The notes below the pieces were generated by a model. The model ran no database searches. It was not told the DNA's origin and was given only the letters and a program-made list of their open reading frames with translations. A stretch of DNA of 64,000 bases from Lama guanicoe (taxonomy: Eukaryota), in the NCBI GenBank assembly GCA_013239625.1, contig MU053588.1:4058799-4122798 (forward strand), written 5' to 3'. Shown here piece by piece: positions 59,938 to 64,000 of the stretch. A program made the translations under genes and the position numbers. Numbering within the stretch: position 1 is the first letter of the stretch; every line of letters starts with the position of its first letter.

Positions 59938-62438
59938 TTATAGAATCTCATTTCTGTATGGATTCTCTGATGAAGGATAAGCTTTACTATACTCTTCACT
60001 TTTATAGAATTTATCACCACTGTGGACTCTTTGATGAATTAGAAGACCTGAGCTCCAACGGAAACCCTTACCACACACATCACATTTGTATGGTTTCTCT
60101 CCGGTGTGGACTCTCTGATGAGCCTGAAGGTTTGATCTCTGACTGAAGCCCTTTCCACATACCTCACATTTGTATGGTTTCTCTCCAGTGTGGACTCTGT
60201 GATGGGCTTGAAGACTTGAAACCCCACTGAAACCCTTACCACATTGTTCACATTTATAGGGCCTCCCTTCTGCGTGGACTCTCTGATGTGCTTGAAGACG
60301 TGAACTCTCACTAAAACCCTTCGTGCACACCTCACATTTGTATGGTTTCCCTCCTGTGTGGACCCTCCGATGTGCTTCAAGGCGTGAACTCTGACTAAAG
60401 CCCTTCGCACACATCTCACATTTATATGGCTTCACTCTAGTGTGGACTCTCTGATGACCTTGAAGATATGCTCTCTGACTGAAGCCCTTCCCACATACCT
60501 CACAGATATACGGTCTCTCTCCAGTGTGGACACTCTGGTGGCTTTGAAGGTATGACCTCTGACCGAAGCTCTTACCACACTCATCACACTGGTATGGTTT
60601 TTCTCCCGTGTGGACTCTTTGATGGGCCAGAAGAGTTGAGGCCTTACTGAAGCCCTTATCACACTCTCCACATTTATAAGGTTTCTCTCCCGTGTGAACC
60701 CTCTGATGAATTTGAAGATTAAAGCTCCAACTGAATCCCTTCCCACACTCTTCACATTTGAATGGTTTTTCTCCAGTGTGGACTCTTTGATGGCCTTGAA
60801 GGTGTGAACTCCGACTGAATCCCTTCCCACACTCCTCACACTTGTACGGTTTCTCTCCAGTGTGAACTCTCTGATGGCCTTGAAGGTACGAATTGCGACT
60901 AAAGCCCTTCCCACACTCCTCACATTTGTATGGTTTTTCTCCACTGTGGACTCTCTGATGGGCTTGAAGGTATGAACTCCGACTGAAGCCCTTATCACAC
61001 TCCTCACATTTATAAGGTTTCTCTCCCGTGTGGACTCTCTGGTGAACATTAAGAACTGATCTATGACTGAATCCTTTACCACATGCATTGCAATTGTATG
61101 GCTTCTCTCCAGTGTGGACTCTCTGATGATCTTTAAATTTTGAATTCCAATTGAAGCCATTTCCACACTCTTTATAAGGTTTCTCTCCAATGTGAATTTT
61201 CTGATGGCCTTGAAGATACGAATTTTGGCTGAAGCTGTTACCACATGCATAATGTTTATATGGTTGCTCCCTAGTGTGGACTATCTGAAGGTCTTGAAAA
61301 TGTGAGGCCAGACTGAAGCCATTACCACACTCCTCAGAATTATAGGGAATCTGTTCTACATGAACTCTGTGCTGAATGTTAAGATCTGAGTTACAGACGA
61401 AACCCTTCTCACAATCCACATCTGTGTATAGTTTCTCTTCAGTCTGGATTTTCTGATGGGCTTGAAGACAAGAACTTCGAGTAAAGACATTCCCATTCTC
61501 CTCATATTCATGGGGTTTCCCCTCAGTATGGACCCTGAAAATACCATTAAGTTCTAAGGTATGACTGAAACCTTTCTCATAAATGGTGCATCTATAGGGC
61601 ATCTCTCCGGTGTGAGTAATTTCATAACTGTTATGAGAGGAACACTGGTTGAAGTTCTCATCATATTCACATTTACATGGCTTCTCCTCTGCGTGTACTT
61701 TCTGATGGGATTGCAGAGGTGAATCCTCAAAAACAGAGTCATCTCCTCTATGAACGCTTTGATGAATATGAAGAACTGAACTGTAACTACAGCCCCTTCC
61801 ACATGGACTGTATGAACGGAGCTTCCCTTCTAACTGTAACTGCTGGTGAACTTCAGAGCTAGAGTCATCACTGACGGCTTTACTGTACTCATTGTCAGGG
61901 TGGGGATTCTGCCCTGTTTGAATTAAGCCTTGATTAAGCGATGAAACCTTCGTGACATCTTCTCCACAGTCATGGCAGCTATAGTTTTTCTCTGCCCTGT
62001 GTACACCCCGATTACCACTGTGATGTGAAATCCAATTGATGCTGTCAGACTTACAGAAATCATTTTTCATGGAAACTTGCTGACATCTACACTGATAATT
62101 TCGTGACTCCATCAGATACATTTTCCTCCAAGAATGCTGGGCTCTCCCAGAGGGAAATTCTTCATTTTTTATATAACTAGAACCATCTCCTAAATGAGTC
62201 AATAGATAGTTCTCATCTTCAGAAACCTGAATTGGTATTCCTGCCCAAACCTGACAGGGGGAATCACCTCGTTTTTGCAACTGAGAAATGTTCCCTTGAA
62301 AATCTTTCATGGAATCTTGACACCTGGTTGACCCTCCTCCACTTTGTTGCCAGGTCTGCCAGGTGGAAAACTCTTTGGGGGAAAGGCAGCTTAATCCCGC
62401 TTCTTGAATACTTTCCATATTATGTTGACTCTTGGTTC
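59938..62438 (-). CDS. ZNF112: ZNF112 spacer plus finger exon (13 intact C2H2 fingers after many degenerate ones); KRAB exons lie beyond the window
   Basis: TTCTTATAG acceptor at 62439, phase 1 into ORF 59938-62418; MESIQE start region, finger series and YPSSEN tail match human ZNF112 as I recall it. Confidence 0.93.
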
Positions 62439-64000
62439 CTATAAGAATAAAGAGAATTTAAACATGTGCTTGGTGGATGCTTTTATTCAGAGATTTCAAG
62501 ATTTTGCACTTAGATCATGACACTTAAATAAAGTAGAGGAAAATTCATGTTATTACCTCTGACAGTATTTAGAAAATGGCTCATCTTTGGCTACACCAAT
62601 AAGATAATTAGGAGCCACAGAATTCAGGGTATTTGAATTCAGTCAGGGATCTGCAACACAATCTGGACATTAAGGATAGTGGCTCTGTTCAAAAGGCCTA
62701 GTTAAACCAAACGCATATGAGCATGGGTTTATGATGGGTTGCCTGGAATTCCCAAGGAGAAAACAGCAGAGAGCAGTCTCAAATTGGAAAGAATATAGTT
62801 TCAAGTGGACAAATGCTTTTTGCCTTTTCTTTTTTCTCTGGCACATGAGCATATTATTGTTTGTTTTTAAGAAGATCGTGTGTTAAATGCTGTGCAGATG
62901 AAGGTAAACAAAGACCTTTAATCTGTGCTTGAGGCATCATAAGGCTTATCTTTAATGAGTTATTATCTTCATGAGAATAATAAGCTCTTCTAAATCACTG
63001 TAAGCCATTATCAGGTTTAACTCCTTCCAAAAGATATTTTGCAATTATCAAGGACCATGGTGCAGGTCAGAATGTGAAACACTGTGACAGAATTCAACTC
63101 CAAAGACATTAGAAAAAAATGGAGGCTGACAGAAGGAATCACAGGGAAGTTTCATGTCACCTGTTAGGTGTCCTCTGAGGCAACTGATTAAGCAAACAAA
63201 ACTCAACGAAACGCTGACTTTGGGTTGCATCATTTTGTGGGATAATTACTTTAATGTTTAGGGAATTTGAGGCACAAGAAGAGTTAAAGATGGGCATGTT
63301 TGGGTGGAAATGGTTTATCTGTTAGTTATTAAAGCTCAGATTCTCAGCAGGCAGCAGATCTTCATATCCTGGTGAGAAGTATCCCCCCTGAGGGCAACTG
63401 GTCCAACAGGGTTGAAGTAATAACATGTACTCCCCTAACGCTTGGCAGTACATTCTCTTTCAGCATCCAAAAAAACAAAACAAAACAAAGACCTAGTAAG
63501 AGGACTTTTCTTCATAACATGAATATTATCCTCACACATAATTCTTATCAATTTTGTTTTTCTATCTCTCCACACTGGAATATTTACCCACAAGGACAAG
63601 CACTCTGTTGCGTGCACTGCGTTACCCTCACTGCCTACAACACTTCTAGCGAATAGCAGTTGTTCGAAAAGCATATAATGAATAGATCACAGTTTGAGTC
63701 ACTCTCACTCACAGAACTAAAAGGGCACGTATGTGGAAGTTATTTTTCTTGGGAAAGGACTGTTGATGGCAGTTTTACTGCAAAGCTGAGAGGCTGTATT
63801 AAGAAGTAGGGCTACACTCAGGGGTATCACCTGCTGTTGAGAAAAGCAAAGATTACAAGAATCTTGTGGGTTCTGTCTTTTTAAATTTTCAAAATAACCT
63901 CTGAAATGCAGGTTTTTCTCCACAAAATCTTACCTGTAGCCCCACCCTAGCCCCAGCTCAAAAAAAAAAAAGGAAAAAATAAAAGGTCCCACTGATGATT

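Noticed and set aside
63928..63936. Strong minus-strand donor CAG|GTAAGA as the ZNF112 KRAB-B exon end
   Set aside because: Upstream sequence is a T-run and G-rich with no KRAB-B coding potential

Overview
Mammalian genomic DNA, most likely camelid, inferred from nine copies of a tRNA-Ala-derived Vic-1-type SINE and artiodactyl-type L1 3' ends. It covers part of the KRAB zinc-finger (KZNF) cluster syntenic to human 19q13.31. Three genes are recognisable: ZNF233 (+; KRAB-A, KRAB-B and finger exons, start exon upstream of the window), a complete ZNF235 (-; five exons, about 734 aa, 15 fingers, CpG/ZNF143 promoter), and the finger exon of ZNF112 (-). The rest is mostly transposon: L1 fragments, LTRs/ERVs, MIR, L2, Tigger and Charlie. 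The most notable signals are remains of additional dead KZNF paralogs: an intact orphan start exon at 10.4 kb, a decayed finger array at 47.7-48.3 kb, an apparently intact orphan promoter at 49.5 kb and a decayed start exon at 52 kb. Other notable points are an L2 shared in the 3' UTRs of all four paralogs, parallel decay of the KRAB-B splice donor in ZNF233 and ZNF235, a shared Tyr-to-His change in both KRAB-A boxes, and a polyadenylated MLT1 retrocopy nested in an ERV env. Gene and repeat names come from my recall of the families, not from searches. Repeat boundaries are approximate unless target-site duplications (TSDs) are cited. I see no clearly novel coding system.
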